NCBI RefSeq assembly: GCF_001194135.2 | Contig: NC_068988.1 | Location: 41,049,009-41,094,699 of the forward strand | Length of the DNA stretch: 45,691 nucleotides | DNA from: Octopus bimaculoides | Taxonomy: Eukaryota | Direction of reading: 5' to 3' | Part shown: piece by piece, positions 23,125 to 35,194 of the stretch | Layout: the number at the start of each line of letters is the position of its first letter | Position numbering within the stretch: position 1 is the first letter of the stretch | Position numbers and translations under genes: made by a program | The notes under the pieces: generated by a model | The model's database searches: none | Seen by the model: only the letters and a program-made list of their open reading frames with translations | What the model was told of the DNA's origin: nothing

Positions 23125-23495
23125 GCATATGCACATCCACACACACATCCACACACATTCACACATACACACACACGTACACACACAAGCACACATGCAT
23201 GCACACACACATAGACCTACATGTTCTTATGCATAAATATATGTGAATATGCACACGCCACATACATACACATAGATGAATAACTAGCTAACTAGCTAGA
23301 GAGAGAAAGAAAGAGAGAGAAAGAGGGGGAGGAAAGGAGTGTTATAATTGATTATTTGATTGAATGATTGATTGGTTACCTATATTTGATCGTAGTGTCC
23401 ACCGTAAGATCTCTACAATAAAGAGTAAAGGTGTTTAGATTTTTGTCTTACCTGGCCAGTTTGTAAGAAGCCTATAAAGACTAAGTATTATGCGC

Positions 23496-23536
<41 letters not shown>

Positions 23537-23547
23537 TGTAGGTAGAT

Positions 23548-23592
<45 letters not shown>

Positions 23593-24089
23593 AAAAGACA
23601 GACAGATATAAATATAGATAGATAGATAGATACGTACATACATGCATACACACACACACACACACGTATATACACACACACATACATTTATGACAATGCG
23701 GGTGTGTATGTTTGTGTTTTTGTATGTGAATGTGCGGGTGTATGCGTGTATGCGTACGTGAATGTGCTTATAGTATCAGTTATTGCAATAACTTATATAC
23801 ACTATGAATCGTTTTGATGGATGTCGTTTTTGTTTCGTAATTCAATTTTCCAGGTGCACAACCTACAACCTACTTGAGAATGCCGGAGGTTGTTAAAACA
23901 CTGGACGAATTATAGTCGTAGGACATAACTCGTACTACCTGAAACATATGCCTGTGAGTAACAGGATGTGTGTGAGAGAGTGTCTGAGAGAATAAAGACC
24001 AATGATATGATGTTCAGCACACTAGCCCACTCCTGCTATTTGGAATAACTTCTAACCTTATAAATCTTCACATTCTCCCAGCCCTACAA

Positions 24090-24310
24090 TGTGTATTCTT
24101 CCCCACAGTACTATGAAACGTTTTCTCTTTTCAGTCCTACATTCTGCAACTGTTTTCTCAGCCTTAGAAGGTTCACCCTTGCTTCCAACGCTACATTCTC
24201 CTCACTCAACCCTACCCAGTGAGCCCCATTTTCCCATCCCTACATTTTTACCCTTTCTCTCAACTCTACAGTGGTCATCTCTCCTACGACTACAATGTAT
24301 TTTCCGCTCT
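24090..24310 (+). repeat. Highly degenerate pyrimidine-rich tandem repeat (recurrent tctc..ag.cctaca motif)
   Basis: Motifs such as ttctcccagccctacaatgt, tttcagtcctacattct and ttctctcaactctacagt recur about every 35 bp. Confidence 0.4.
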
Positions 24311-24816
24311 CTCTGCTCTGCTTTATGCACTACATTTAACAATTTTTCCACAAATTACCCTCCAAAAAAAGATTTTCGCAACTACAGAAAAAAAGAAATA
24401 TGAAGGTGAAAAAATTATAATTAACTAGTGTTTAAGATGTCTACAGATTTATTATCATAGAAATCACCGATTAAATTTTTTCTGTCAAAATTTGAAATGT
24501 TTCACCCCAGATCACATAATAATTCGTAGTACCACATAACCATCTCATCTCCCAGTCTTTACCTAATCTCTGTCTCTCACACTTCCTTGTTTTGGAAGTG
24601 GCCACTCTTAATCTCTATTACTAAAATTTCGTGGTTTTATTTGGATTAATAAATTTTGATCAAAGTTGTTCGGGACTCGTTACCCCACTTTGACATTAGC
24701 ACCCTATGCTACCATCTAGTTTGCCTAACGTCTATCACTCGCTCTGATATGTGTATGTGTGTGCGTGTGTGTGTGTATGTGTGTGTCTGTGCGTGTGTGT
24801 GCGTGATATTTTAATA

Positions 24817-25004
24817 ATGGTTTTAAATTTTGGCACAAGGTCAACAATTTCTGGGAACAAGATAAGTCGATTACATCGATCCCAATGCTCAGCTGGTACT
24901 TATGTTATCGACCTCGAAAGGATGAAAGATAATGTCCACCCTGGCGGCATTTGAACTCAGAACGTAAAGTCGGAAGAAATACCGCTGAGTATTTAGTCCG
25001 CCTT
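24817..25004 (-). mobile_element. SINE family A, tail type 3, 5'-shortened
   Basis: Family A body motifs; flanked by gcgtgatat(t/c)ttaata at 24801-24816 and 25005-25020. Confidence 0.8.
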
Positions 25005-25021
25005 GCGTGATATCTTAATAT

Positions 25022-25237
25022 TCATTTCTGCTCTAGGAACAAGGTCCGAAATTTTGGGGAAGGATGGGGGCAGTCGATTACATCGACCCAGTATGCAACT
25101 GGTACTTAATTTATCGACCCCGAAAGGATGAAAGGCAAAGTCGACCTTGGCGGAATTTGAACTTAGAACGTAAAGACAGACGAAATACCGCTCAGCATCT
25201 CACTCGACGTGCTAACGTTTCTGCCAGCTCGTCGCCT
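25022..25237 (-). mobile_element. SINE family A, tail type 2
   Basis: Complete head (gcgacgagctggcagaaacgttagc on the minus strand), body and tail. Confidence 0.9.
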
Positions 25238-25267
25238 TGTGATATCAATATTAATAATCGTACTAAA

Positions 25268-25460
25268 GCAGTGAGCTGGCAGAAACGTTAGCACGCTGAG
25301 CAAAATGCTTAGTAGTATTTCGTTTGCCTTTACGTTCTGAGTTCAAATTCCGCCGAGGTCGATTTTGCCTTTCACCTTTCGAGGTCGATAAATTAAGTAC
25401 CAAAAATTAAGTACCCTCTCCCCAAACATTTCGAGCCTTGTCCCTAGAGTAGAAAAGTAT
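25268..25460 (+). mobile_element. SINE family A, tail type 2, with a small internal deletion/duplication
   Basis: gagctggcagaaacgttagcacg...gagttcaaattccgccgaggtcga...aaattaagtacc twice...cctagagtagaaaag. Confidence 0.88.
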
Positions 25461-25541
25461 ATTAATAATTGTACGTGAGTTCAAATTCCGTGTGGTTGAC
25501 TTTACCTTTCATCCTTTCGGCGCCGATAATATAGTCCATAA

Positions 25542-25753
25542 TCCTTTCTACTTGAGGCACAAGGCCCGAAATTTTGAGGGAGGGGACCAGTCGATTAGAT
25601 CAACCTCAGTACGCAACTGGTACTTAATTTATCGACCACGAAAGGATTAGAGGTAAAGTCGACCTCGGCGGAATTTGAACTCAGAGCGTAAAAACCGACA
25701 AAATACCGCTAAGCATTTTGCCCTGCGTGCTAACAATTCTGCCAGCTCGCCCC
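25542..25753 (-). mobile_element. SINE family A, tail type 2
   Basis: Complete head, body and tail on the minus strand. Confidence 0.88.
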
Positions 25754-25777
25754 CTTCACCATAATATNNNNNNNNNN

Positions 25778-26470
25778 GGGTCGGTGTAATCGACTTATCC
25801 TTCCCACGAAATTGCTGCCTTCTTGACAAAATTTGAAACCAGAATTAATAAAGCATTTTTTTTTCCAACGTAATTTGCCTGTGTGTATATTCGATTACGT
25901 CGGACAAAATGCTTAATGACGTTTCTTTCGACTCTATGTTCCGAGTTCAAATTCCACTGAGGTCGGTTTTGCTTTTCATCCCTTCGGGTCAGTAACGAAA
26001 GTAGAATTTGAATTCCGGGGATGATGTAATCGACCTATCCTTCCGTCGAAATTTTTGCTTTCTTGACAAAATTTGAAACCAAAATTAATAATCATTTTTT
26101 TTTCCGATATATTTTGCTTGTGTGTACAGGGTGGCCCAAAAGTGGGTTTACAGTTATCACGTAGGCACTTTAAATTTCTTTTAAAACATTTTATTATATT
26201 TAAATTTCTATCTTACAATTAACTAAATTAGCATAGAATAATGGTTTCATATTTTTTTTAATAATTAAGATCTTAACTGTTGATGTATGAACGCGAAATC
26301 GATAGTTGAATAATTGTAAACCTACTTTTGAGCCACCCTGTATATCAGAATACGCCGGAAAAAATGCTTAGTTGTATTTCGCTAACGAAAGTACAAGCTG
26401 AATACCGGGGACGATGTAATGGACGCGCCCCCTCCCCTGAAATTGCTCGACTTGTGCCAAAATTTGATAG
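25778..26470 (+). repeat. Tandem ~240-bp units derived from SINE family A (tail type 3 plus flank), with a MITE in the second unit
   Basis: atgtaatcgac.tatccttcc..cgaaatt...ttcttgacaaaatttgaaacca.aattaata..cattttttt recurs at ~25785 and ~26022, and more weakly at ~26410. Confidence 0.7.
26127..26340. mobile_element. Tc1/mariner-type MITE, 214 bp
   Basis: TIRs CAGGGTGGCCCAAAAGTGGGTTTACAGTTAT and ATAATTGTAAACCTACTTTTGAGCCACCCTG (3 mismatches in 31 bp); TA on both sides (26125-26126 and 26341-26342); AT-rich non-coding interior. Confidence 0.93.
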
Positions 26471-27109
26471 CATTGTTCTAGCTTCACGTCATAACACTAA
26501 GTCTACTGAAACTGCTACATAGAGATGTTGCGAAAGATTTGTCTAGCTGTGTGCATGTGTGAGTGATTGAGTGAGTGGGTGTGTGATTGAGTACATCTGC
26601 GTTGTTCTTGTTTAACAAGTGCTATAAGTTAAGAGTGTTCAAATTGAATTAATTACTTCGGGAAAGAGTTATTCTTAGCTATTTTAAATTTATCATTCAT
26701 TTTCCTTTATTTCGTAGTCGAAGCATTTATTTTGAATTTTCAGAAAGTTTGCTCACTGACACAATTCTACTGCAGTAGAATTATGCTTGTGATATATTTC
26801 TTAATTCTTAATTAATTCGTCAAATCTAGTCGATATGAATGATAATGATTTTATAGAACTAATCGTATTGATCAGATGCTGATTAGATACTCGGACTGAT
26901 TGTCCTATAGTTAGATGGTATAATCAAAAAGAAAACATTTTATAGAATAAGAAATACGTGAATCTATTGCAAGCACTCGTAACATGAAACGAAAATAAAT
27001 AAAATGAATACGAGGCAGTGATGGAGCTTCTACGCGGTCATTCAATTTACTAGAATCCATGATAATAATATCCAATAAATCACATCCTAACACCTTAAAT
27101 ACGATACCT

Positions 27110-27432
27110 TTTACTTTTTACTTGCTTCAATCATTGGACAGCAGCCATTTTGGGGCACTGCGTTGAAAGATTTAGTCAAACGAATCGACCACAGGACTTT
27201 TTTAAAGTTTGGTACTTATTCTATCGATCACTTTGCATGGCCACTGGTGTAGCAGCAACTAAAACAAACAGCACCGGTTGTGAAGTAGTGGTGGGTGACA
27301 AACTCAAATATACGCAGATACATGTGTACACACACACACATACACACACATATGCACACACACATGACGGGCTTCCGCACATTTTCTGTATACCAAATTT
27401 GCTCCATAAAACAAGCATCTTAACTACACAGT
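27110..27432 (-). mobile_element. Degenerate, internally deleted SINE family B
   Basis: 3' module (ggtacttattctatcgatc, caccggttgtgaag), internal CA repeat, acgggcttccg and a head remnant. Confidence 0.7.
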
Positions 27433-28188
27433 TTTGCCAGCACTTAGGATATCATAAATCACGATTGGGAGAAAAGTTAAAGACGATACTCTTGGGTTTG
27501 AGCTCTTCTGATCATAAATCTGCCAAAATTTTGTGACAAAATTTAAAATCAGTGTTTGGCTAGTTAATTCTGAATGGTGAATAAGTACTTTTTCTATTTG
27601 CAACCACAAAAAAAGATTTGAATGTATAGTAGGCTTCACACGACGCTCGATTCACCAATATTGGAGGCTGAAGGCATTCAAGGATGTCTTCTTCGAAATT
27701 TTGCAACTAAAGTATTCGGAACAGACTTACGGTTCTGTTTTCATCCACCTTTATCTTGTAGACATTGATTTGTAGATGTTCAGGCATAGCAAAAGCTGCA
27801 TCAGTCTCATTAGTCTTAAAGCACCTTCAAAAGGATTTTAACTTTGTTTCGTATCCATCGTGCAAAACAATCTTGCAACTCAAAATATAATAAATTATCG
27901 CTAACCAGTGCCCCAGCATGGCCGCAGTATTGACGATATTAAACAAGTAAAACAAGAAAACAATATTAATTGCTCACTTTCTGTTGTCATACTTCAAATT
28001 AGATATGACACAATGTGCTGCCTTCAGAAGATATACATCCAACAACCAATATGTAAACAAATGTATGTATGTTTGTTTATATATGTACATATGCATAAAT
28101 ATACACATCTACATAAATATATATATATGTATATGTATGTATATAAACATGTCTGTGTTCGAGCGTGTGTGTGTGTGCGCGCGCGCAC

Positions 28189-28244
<56 letters not shown>

Positions 28245-28839
28245 TACACATATATATATCTCACTTGTATATGTAGCATACATACATAAAAATAGAGACA
28301 AAGAGATATAAGCGCAACCACACGCACACAGAAGCACATATAACTAAGTAAACACAAACACTCACACACACAAACACACATACACACATTTATACATATA
28401 TGTACACATACATGCATGCAAACATAGAGATATACATATATATAACATATATATATATGAGTATACATTCACGTATAAACACACACATACGTGTACATAC
28501 ACAAACATGAATGAATGTATATTGAATTATAGTAGGCGCCGATTACCAGCTACTCCGACTGCCCTATCATAATAATTTCAAACTGGAAACAAATAAATCT
28601 CCGTTAATCAGTCAAGTTGATATCGAGAATTATTTTGATATGTTGATATGTACATAATACTGACACTGCAATAATCGGATGATATGGCGCCAACTTGTTA
28701 CCCATTTTAGAGACAACACGATCATTTCGGAAGACGTTTGAGCTTCTGGAGTCATAGGTACTTGTACTTTTGTTTGCATGTATGTTTAACTTTATACATT
28801 TATACATGTGTATGTATGAATATATATATATGTATACAC

Positions 28840-28897
<58 letters not shown>

Positions 28898-29546
28898 NNN
28901 NNNNNNNNNNNNNNNNNNNNNNNNNNNNNNNNNNNNNNNNNNNNNNNNNNNNNNNNNNNNNNNNNNNNNNNNNNNNNNNNNNNNNNNNNNNNNNNNNNNN
29001 NNNNNNNNNNNNNNNNNNNNNNNNNNNNNNCATACGAAGAAGGAGAGAGGAATAGATAGAGAAGGGAAGAAAGAAAGAGAAAGAGAAATTCGATTATAAT
29101 AACCGTGGTCACATGTAAACGCATAGCTACGCACACCTACTTACACACATGATGCTCACGTTTCACATTTTACGTAATAAATGCACTTCATTATTTTACC
29201 GTTTTTTTTTCCACCTCTTACTTTCGTATTTCTTCATATTAAACCCTTATTTTCACGCTATATAAGTCACCTGTCATAGCCTGTTACACACGCTAAAACA
29301 ATACCTGACAAAAGAAAGAAGAGAGTAACCCTCCCTCCGAAGGGTCGACGATTAACTTGGAGGAATAACGTTAAGATTTTAAAATTCTGGTTTGATATCT
29401 GGCGTGCTGTAATACACAAGACTTCTTCAAGACATATAATAAGGTGATGTTTAACCCTGAGGTACATGATTCATTATCCAGGAAGTGGTCGTAACCGTTT
29501 GGGAGTTCTTCAACTCCAATATTCTTCAGCTTTCAACTTTCATTAA

Positions 29547-30200
29547 CATGTGATTAGCAGCTGCTCAAAATGTCATCATGTTATTACCTCCCTATACGAC
29601 ACGACGTTGACACAAAACCAATATACGATGTCCTACGGAAAAAAAGTCTGTCCTGAGATAAATATAGTGAAGCCTACTGTTGTTGAAAAAATTACACAAA
29701 TATCAGCACAAGGAATACTGGTGGAACATTCCCATCAAAACATCTATTAACATTAAACATAACAGACCAGATATTGTTGTTTGAGCTCAACAAGGAGACC
29801 ATCATACAGGTTAGTTATCTTACTGATGTTAATATGTGTTGGAAAACCAAAGAGAAAAAAGATAACTATGGACAATTGCTTCGAAACCTCCAGCTTCTAT
29901 GTCCAGACTAAAAATTCACATTTATACCCAAAATAATTGGTGCACATTGTTTAGTGAGTAAATGCCTAAGTGACAATCTGAATAAGCAAGGGTTTTCAGA
30001 AAAAGAAATCAACCAGCCCAACCGCACGTTACGAATACAATCTGTAAGAGGAACGGTAAAAATATGCAAGAATTTCCTCACGTTTAAATGGTGTCATTGT
30101 TTTGTTCTTCGGTATTCCAATGATGAAGCTGTGTATCGATTTTAGAAACCAGCTCCTTCTCTAGAGGAAGAATTCGAATAATTCAAAACAGAAGAGAACA
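29547..30200 (+). mobile_element. RLE-type non-LTR retrotransposon 3' remnant (a second, distinct family)
   Basis: Across frameshifts: HVISSCSK..YLPIRHDV..IYDVLRKK; KEYWWNIPIKTSINIKHNRPDIVV* (endonuclease PD motif); KEKKDNYGQLLRNLQLLCPD*KFTFIPKIIGA; GTVKICKNFL; then a short putative UTR. Confidence 0.82.
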
Positions 30201-30235
30201 TCCATGCATGCATGCAAACACACATACTTACATAA

Positions 30236-30274
<39 letters not shown>

Positions 30275-30769
30275 TAAACATATAGGGATCAGCATGAGTT
30301 GCTTCACTAACATACTGAAAATTTAGAAATAGCAGTCAAAGAACTACTAACTCTAACTACAATTTTTTCTCCAACGGATGGCGATATTTATGGCACACAT
30401 AGAACAAAACATCGAGTCTCATCTCGAAGGTAGCACTTTAACAATGGATATGTTATTCACTGAATTATGGGTATATTTAACAACTACAATTACGAAAGCG
30501 ATATCTTAAACTTACTTTAACGGCATACAATTACAATACCTTACTCTGCCTTCTAATGACAATATAATTCTACCATTTTCCATCTACGTTAGGTAGGTTG
30601 CTCTCCTCTGCTGAAATATCCACGCACACTCATTTACTCATATCGAAAGGCACTAAACTCTCCAGCAAAATAGTACGGAAAAAATTCAAATGCAGAAAAC
30701 ATAACTATATATATATTTGTATGCTATACTTTTTCTTTCATATAGTGTCACATCGAACTATCTTTGTTT

Positions 30770-30995
30770 TTTTTTTTATTTTTTACTTGTTTCAGTTATT
30801 GGATTACAGCCAGTAACTAGGGTAACTTCTTGAAGGGTTTTAGTCGATAAAGTCGATCCCAATACTTGTTTTTTAATCTGGTACTTATTACATCGGTTTT
30901 TTCCGCCGAACCGCTTATTTATGAAGATGTAAACAAACCAACACCATTTGTCAAGAGGTGCTGGGGACAAACACAGATACAAAGATATACATTTT
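30770..30995 (-). mobile_element. 3' module of SINE family B (diverged)
   Basis: ttacttgtttcagt...ggtacttattacatcgg...gccgaaccgct...gtaaacaaacca...ttgtcaag...gggacaaacacag. Confidence 0.75.
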
Positions 30996-31069
30996 TATGT
31001 ATATATAAGAGCATGTAAGTGCATATATCTATAGCTATCTATCTCTTTATCTATCTATCTATCTATCTA

Positions 31070-31118
<49 letters not shown>

Positions 31119-31619
31119 NNNNNNNNNNNNNNNNNNNNNNNNNNNNNNNNNNNNNNNNNNNNNNNNNNNNNNNNNNNNNNNNNNNNNNNNNNNNNNNNNN
31201 NNNNNNNNNNNNNNNNNNNNNNNNNNNNNNNNNNNNNNNNNNNNNNNNNNNNNNNNNNNNNNNNNNNNNNNNNNNNNNNNNNNNNNNNNNNNNNNNNNNN
31301 NNNNNNNNNNNNNNNNNNNNNNNNNNNNNNNNNNNNNNNNNNNNNNNNNNNNNNNNNNNNNNNNNNNNNNNNNNNNNNNNNNNNNNNNNNNNNNNNNNNN
31401 NNNNNNNNNNNNNNNNNNNNNNNNNNNNNNNNNNNNNNNNNNNNNNNNNNNNNNNNNNNNNNNNNNNNNNNNNNNNNNNNNNNNNNNNNNNNNNNNNNNN
31501 NNNNNNNNNNNNNNNNNNNNNNNNNNNNNNNNNNNNNNNNNTGTGTGTGTATGCGTGTGTATGTCTGTGTGTATGTACGTATGTATGCATATAATATGTA
31601 TGTATGTATGTATGTATAC

Positions 31620-31768
31620 GTTGGACCTTTACTCACTCTCCGCCTACGAACGTCACTGGTCGGCTCGGGGCTATAACAAAATACACTCAAGTTGTTGCAC
31701 GGTGGAACTGAGCCCAAAACCACGGTGCTGCAAAATGAGTTACTTAACCACACGGCTTCGCTTGCGCG
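31620..31768 (-). mobile_element. 5' part of SINE family B (diverged)
   Basis: ggtcggctcggggctata...gaactgagccc..aaccac...cttaaccacacggc. Confidence 0.65.
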
Positions 31769-32479
31769 TACGTATAAGAAATAAATCAAAGTAATAAATT
31801 TAGAATTTCAGAGATTCTAAAGTGAATATGGTAGAACTAAGCACAAACTATTGGCAAGCTTATACGAGAGATATAGTTTTAATTCGAGCTTGTAGTTATT
31901 AATGATGACAAAAATACTATTCTAAATAACTTGAGTAAAAGGTGAAAGTCACAACGTTATGTTACATCTTCCCTTAAGACTATAACATTTATACCTGATC
32001 TGATATTACAAGCATCTAACCGCAAATCCTGTGTCACGATCAAAATTTTTCGAATTGAAACTGTGATGTAATATTAATATTTTGAGAAATGCATGCATCT
32101 AAAATCTAAAATATAGAACTATTTGCTTCTATTATAAAAAGAACCTGAGCAGGCGCTGTAGTGTTCGTTACTTAAGAATACTGCCCGATTGTTGATGACA
32201 TTGATGTGGATAATATTCAACGTGAACAATGTCTATAGGAAAACATGTGCCGAGATTCGAAAATACTAGTCTCATCACGGTTTCGTCACTGTTGTTTATA
32301 TTCTCAATGAATTTTCATCAGCAAAAGGTAGATACACACGCAAACACACACACATACACACATATTGAAGAGTATGTTTGACTAACAATAAGTGCACGAA
32401 GCTTTTAGTTATATATAAGTTATCGAAAGTGGCAAAACTCATGTACATGCACACGTATTTACACATACACACACACACA

Positions 32480-32655
32480 CAACACAGGTTTCACACAGTA
32501 TCTGTTCACCAAATTTCCCTCGGAATGCATTAGTCAAACCGAGGCTACAGTTTAAAAAACAAAAGAGATGGTACACAATACTACGTTGTAGAGTCGAACC
32601 CGGAATCACGTGTTTGTACGGTAAACTTCTTAGCCACACAACCATGACTGCGTTC
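32480..32655 (-). mobile_element. 5' part of SINE family B (diverged)
   Basis: ccgaggctacag...gaacccggaatcacgtg...aaacttcttagccacacaaccatgactgcg. Confidence 0.65.
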
Positions 32656-32850
32656 ATCAGTGGTAGATTGTGGGTAAAAGAAACCAAAACACAGGTTTTA
32701 TTCAACACAACTCCACCGAAACATGATTTATACTACTTTGCAGAGAAGAAAAAACAAACAATGTTTATTTTAATCCATGAGTTTTAGGAGATTCGGGTGA
32801 GGGTGAAAAATGGCGATCCACCTTAATTTCTCCAGAGTGATGTTTTGAGA

Positions 32851-33128
32851 TGCGGCGGCGGCGGCGGGGGCGGTAGCAGTGGCGGTAGCGGCGGCGGTAG
32901 CGGCGGCGGTAGCGGCGGNNNNNNNNNNNNNNNNNNNNNNNNNNNNNNNNNNNNNNNNNNNNNNNNNNNNNNNNNNNNNNNNNNNNNNNNNNNNNNNNNN
33001 NNNNNNNNNNNNNNNNNNNNNNNNNNNNNNNNNNNNNNNNNNNNNNNNNNNNNNNNNNNNNNNNNNNNNNNNNNNNNNNNNNNNNNNNNNNNNNNNNNNN
33101 NNNNNNNNNNNAGTGGTGGCACTGGTGG
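32851..33128. repeat. GC-rich (GGC)/(GGCGGTAGC)n tract spanning a gap
   Basis: Directly visible on both sides of the N run. Confidence 0.85.
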
Positions 33129-33419
33129 GGCCGAAGTGGCCTTGAGGAAAGAATCTGTCAATTGAAAGCTATTGATTATAACATTGAAGATGTGATGAGG
33201 CGTTTGTGTATTGTGCATGTATGGGAGGAAGGGTGGTCTATTTAATGTTTTATTGATTTGTTAGGGTTTGCGATTTGTTTGTTTTTGTTGTTGGTTGAGT
33301 GATTGGTGCTTTCCTGTCGTTATTTTTTATTTTTTTTTTTTGGTGGGAGGGCGTCCTTTTGTAATGCTTATAATTCTTTCTTTTCTACTTTTTCTTATTG
33401 CCACTATTAGCGGCGTTGT

Positions 33420-33759
33420 CGATACTGACGACCATGACGATGATGATGATGGTGACAACGATGACGATGACGACTACGACGACGATGATGATGACGATGG
33501 ATGTCGATGATTATGACGATGATAGGGAGGAGGAGGTTTGATAGTGTAGATGATGCTCACGACAATAATAATCATCACGATCAGGATAATGATGACCATG
33601 ATAATGATGATGATGACGAGAAGCAGGAGGAAGAAGAGGAGGAGGAGGAGAAGGAGAAGGAGGAGGAAGAGGAGAATGTTGGTGATAAGGATAATGAAAT
33701 GACTACTGTCATTATTAACATTATTATTATTATTGTTATTATTATTATTATTATTATTC

Positions 33760-33791
<32 letters not shown>
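33420..33791. repeat. Compound trinucleotide tract (GAT/GAC)-(GAG/GAA)-(ATT)
   Basis: Directly visible; the terminal (ATT)n abuts the 3' end of the RLE element. Confidence 0.92.
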
Positions 33792-34535
33792 GCCTTTGCA
33801 CTGCTTCGAACGCTGGAGATGTACTACGGCATCAGCTGTTCACTACCAGTGAACTAAGGTAACACCTCTTATTTTTCGAGCACCTTCCGGAGTATTCGAG
33901 CGGTTCCAAGCAGTGCTGCTTTCTGCAAGTGCTCCACCCTTATTGCAGCCCCTATTTGTTCCACGTACTTCTCGACATTTTTGTGAACTGTTCCCAGGGC
34001 TCCGGCAATTATTAGTACTACTGTTACTCTTTCATCGACCACAACTTCTTAACTTCCCAAGCTAACCTGTCATATCTCTCGACTTTTCTTTCTTCCTTAT
34101 CGCATACCTTGTTGTCAACTGGGCATGCTATATCTATGATCCAGCATAGTTTGTTTTCTTTCTCAATTAAGACTATGTTTGACTATTCTCTATCTCATGG
34201 TCGCACTGAAGCATACAATCCCATTGTATCTTTGCATTTCTATTTTCGACGATGCCTTCAGGTTTGTGGTAGTACCAATTTTTTGCTCTGTTAAGTCCAT
34301 ACTTGTTGCAAAGTGTCCAATGGACAAGCCTGGCTATATTGTCATGGCTTCTCTTATATTCCTTCTGGGCTAGTGGAGTACATTGGCTGGTAATATGCCA
34401 TACGATTTCACTGTTTTGTCTACAGATTCTGCACTTATCACTTTTTGATGTGTTGTCTATTCTGTATTTTATGTAGTTTGTTCTTAGTGCTTGCTCTTGG
34501 GAAGCACAGATTAGAGCCTCTCTTTCTAATATCAA
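33792..34535 (-). mobile_element. R4/Dong-like RLE non-LTR retrotransposon, intact 3' end with (TAA)n tail
   Basis: EALICASQEQALRTNYIKYRID..DKCRICRQNSEIVWHITSQC (CCHC), LAQKEYKRSHDNIARLVHWTLC, WYYHKPEGIVEN..KIQWD, and C-terminal IIAGALGTV..LQKAALLGTARILRKVLEK*. Stop at 33869-33871; 77-nt 3' UTR with a gttcact/agtgaac hairpin. Confidence 0.92.
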
Positions 34536-34830
34536 GAGGTGGGGGCCTAGTTAGAATTTTCTTCAGATCGTGTAGCCCATCCCACTCAAAAGGTCCCAGA
34601 ATTGTTTAAAGATGATGAATAAAACACCCGTTTCCAGAAGTGAATTATCCAAACCCAAAGTATTCCTCTCAACTCATGCTTCCCCACTACTTCTGCTTGT
34701 TATCAGAGATGCACATATTGTCAGCAACTAAGGGACATGCTCAACTGGTTATGGTCAAGCAACTAGCAAGCAAATCTGTTGTTTCGAGCAGAATATTTGC
34801 TGTAGCCCATCTTTTATACCAAGACAAAAC
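34536..34830. repeat. Unclassified repeat-like segment abutting the 5' breakpoint of the RLE remnant
   Basis: More GC-balanced than its flanks; gtagcccatc occurs twice; no RLE coding similarity seen; the other end lies in a gap. Confidence 0.35.
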
Positions 34831-35194
34831 NNNNNNNNNNTTCTCGAAAACGCTAGATATCAAAATATAGAGCCAGATTTGTTTTTAATGAGATAGCATC
34901 TATTTCGTAAGCTTTTGCAGTATCCCTGATTGAATAAATCTATGGACTAGAGGCCTTCCATCTGTAACCATATATCCAGATGTAGTATTGAAAGTGCTTT
35001 ACTTCAAGACTGTGGATGTAGTTTGAAACAGATTTGGTTGCTATTTGAATGGCCTAGTGAGGGGAGATTTTAAACTCTCCTCGCTAGTTCGTTCTTTTTG
35101 AGCACACTCGAACACGCACGCACATTTGCACACAAACATACACACACATACATACATACATACATACATACATACATACATACATACATACATA

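Noticed and set aside
23854-23953. 100-nt candidate exon (ttttccag|...|gtgagt)
   Set aside because: Stops in all three frames; could only be non-coding, and such motifs arise by chance in 45 kb.
24801-26470. Regularly recurring motifs resembling a CRISPR array
   Set aside because: They are SINE bodies in mixed orientation, without identical repeats or uniform spacers; the context is eukaryotic and there are no cas genes.
32845-33857. Poly-Gly, poly-Pro, poly-Asp/Glu and poly-Ile ORFs
   Set aside because: Translations of trinucleotide tracts with no flanking domain or splice support.
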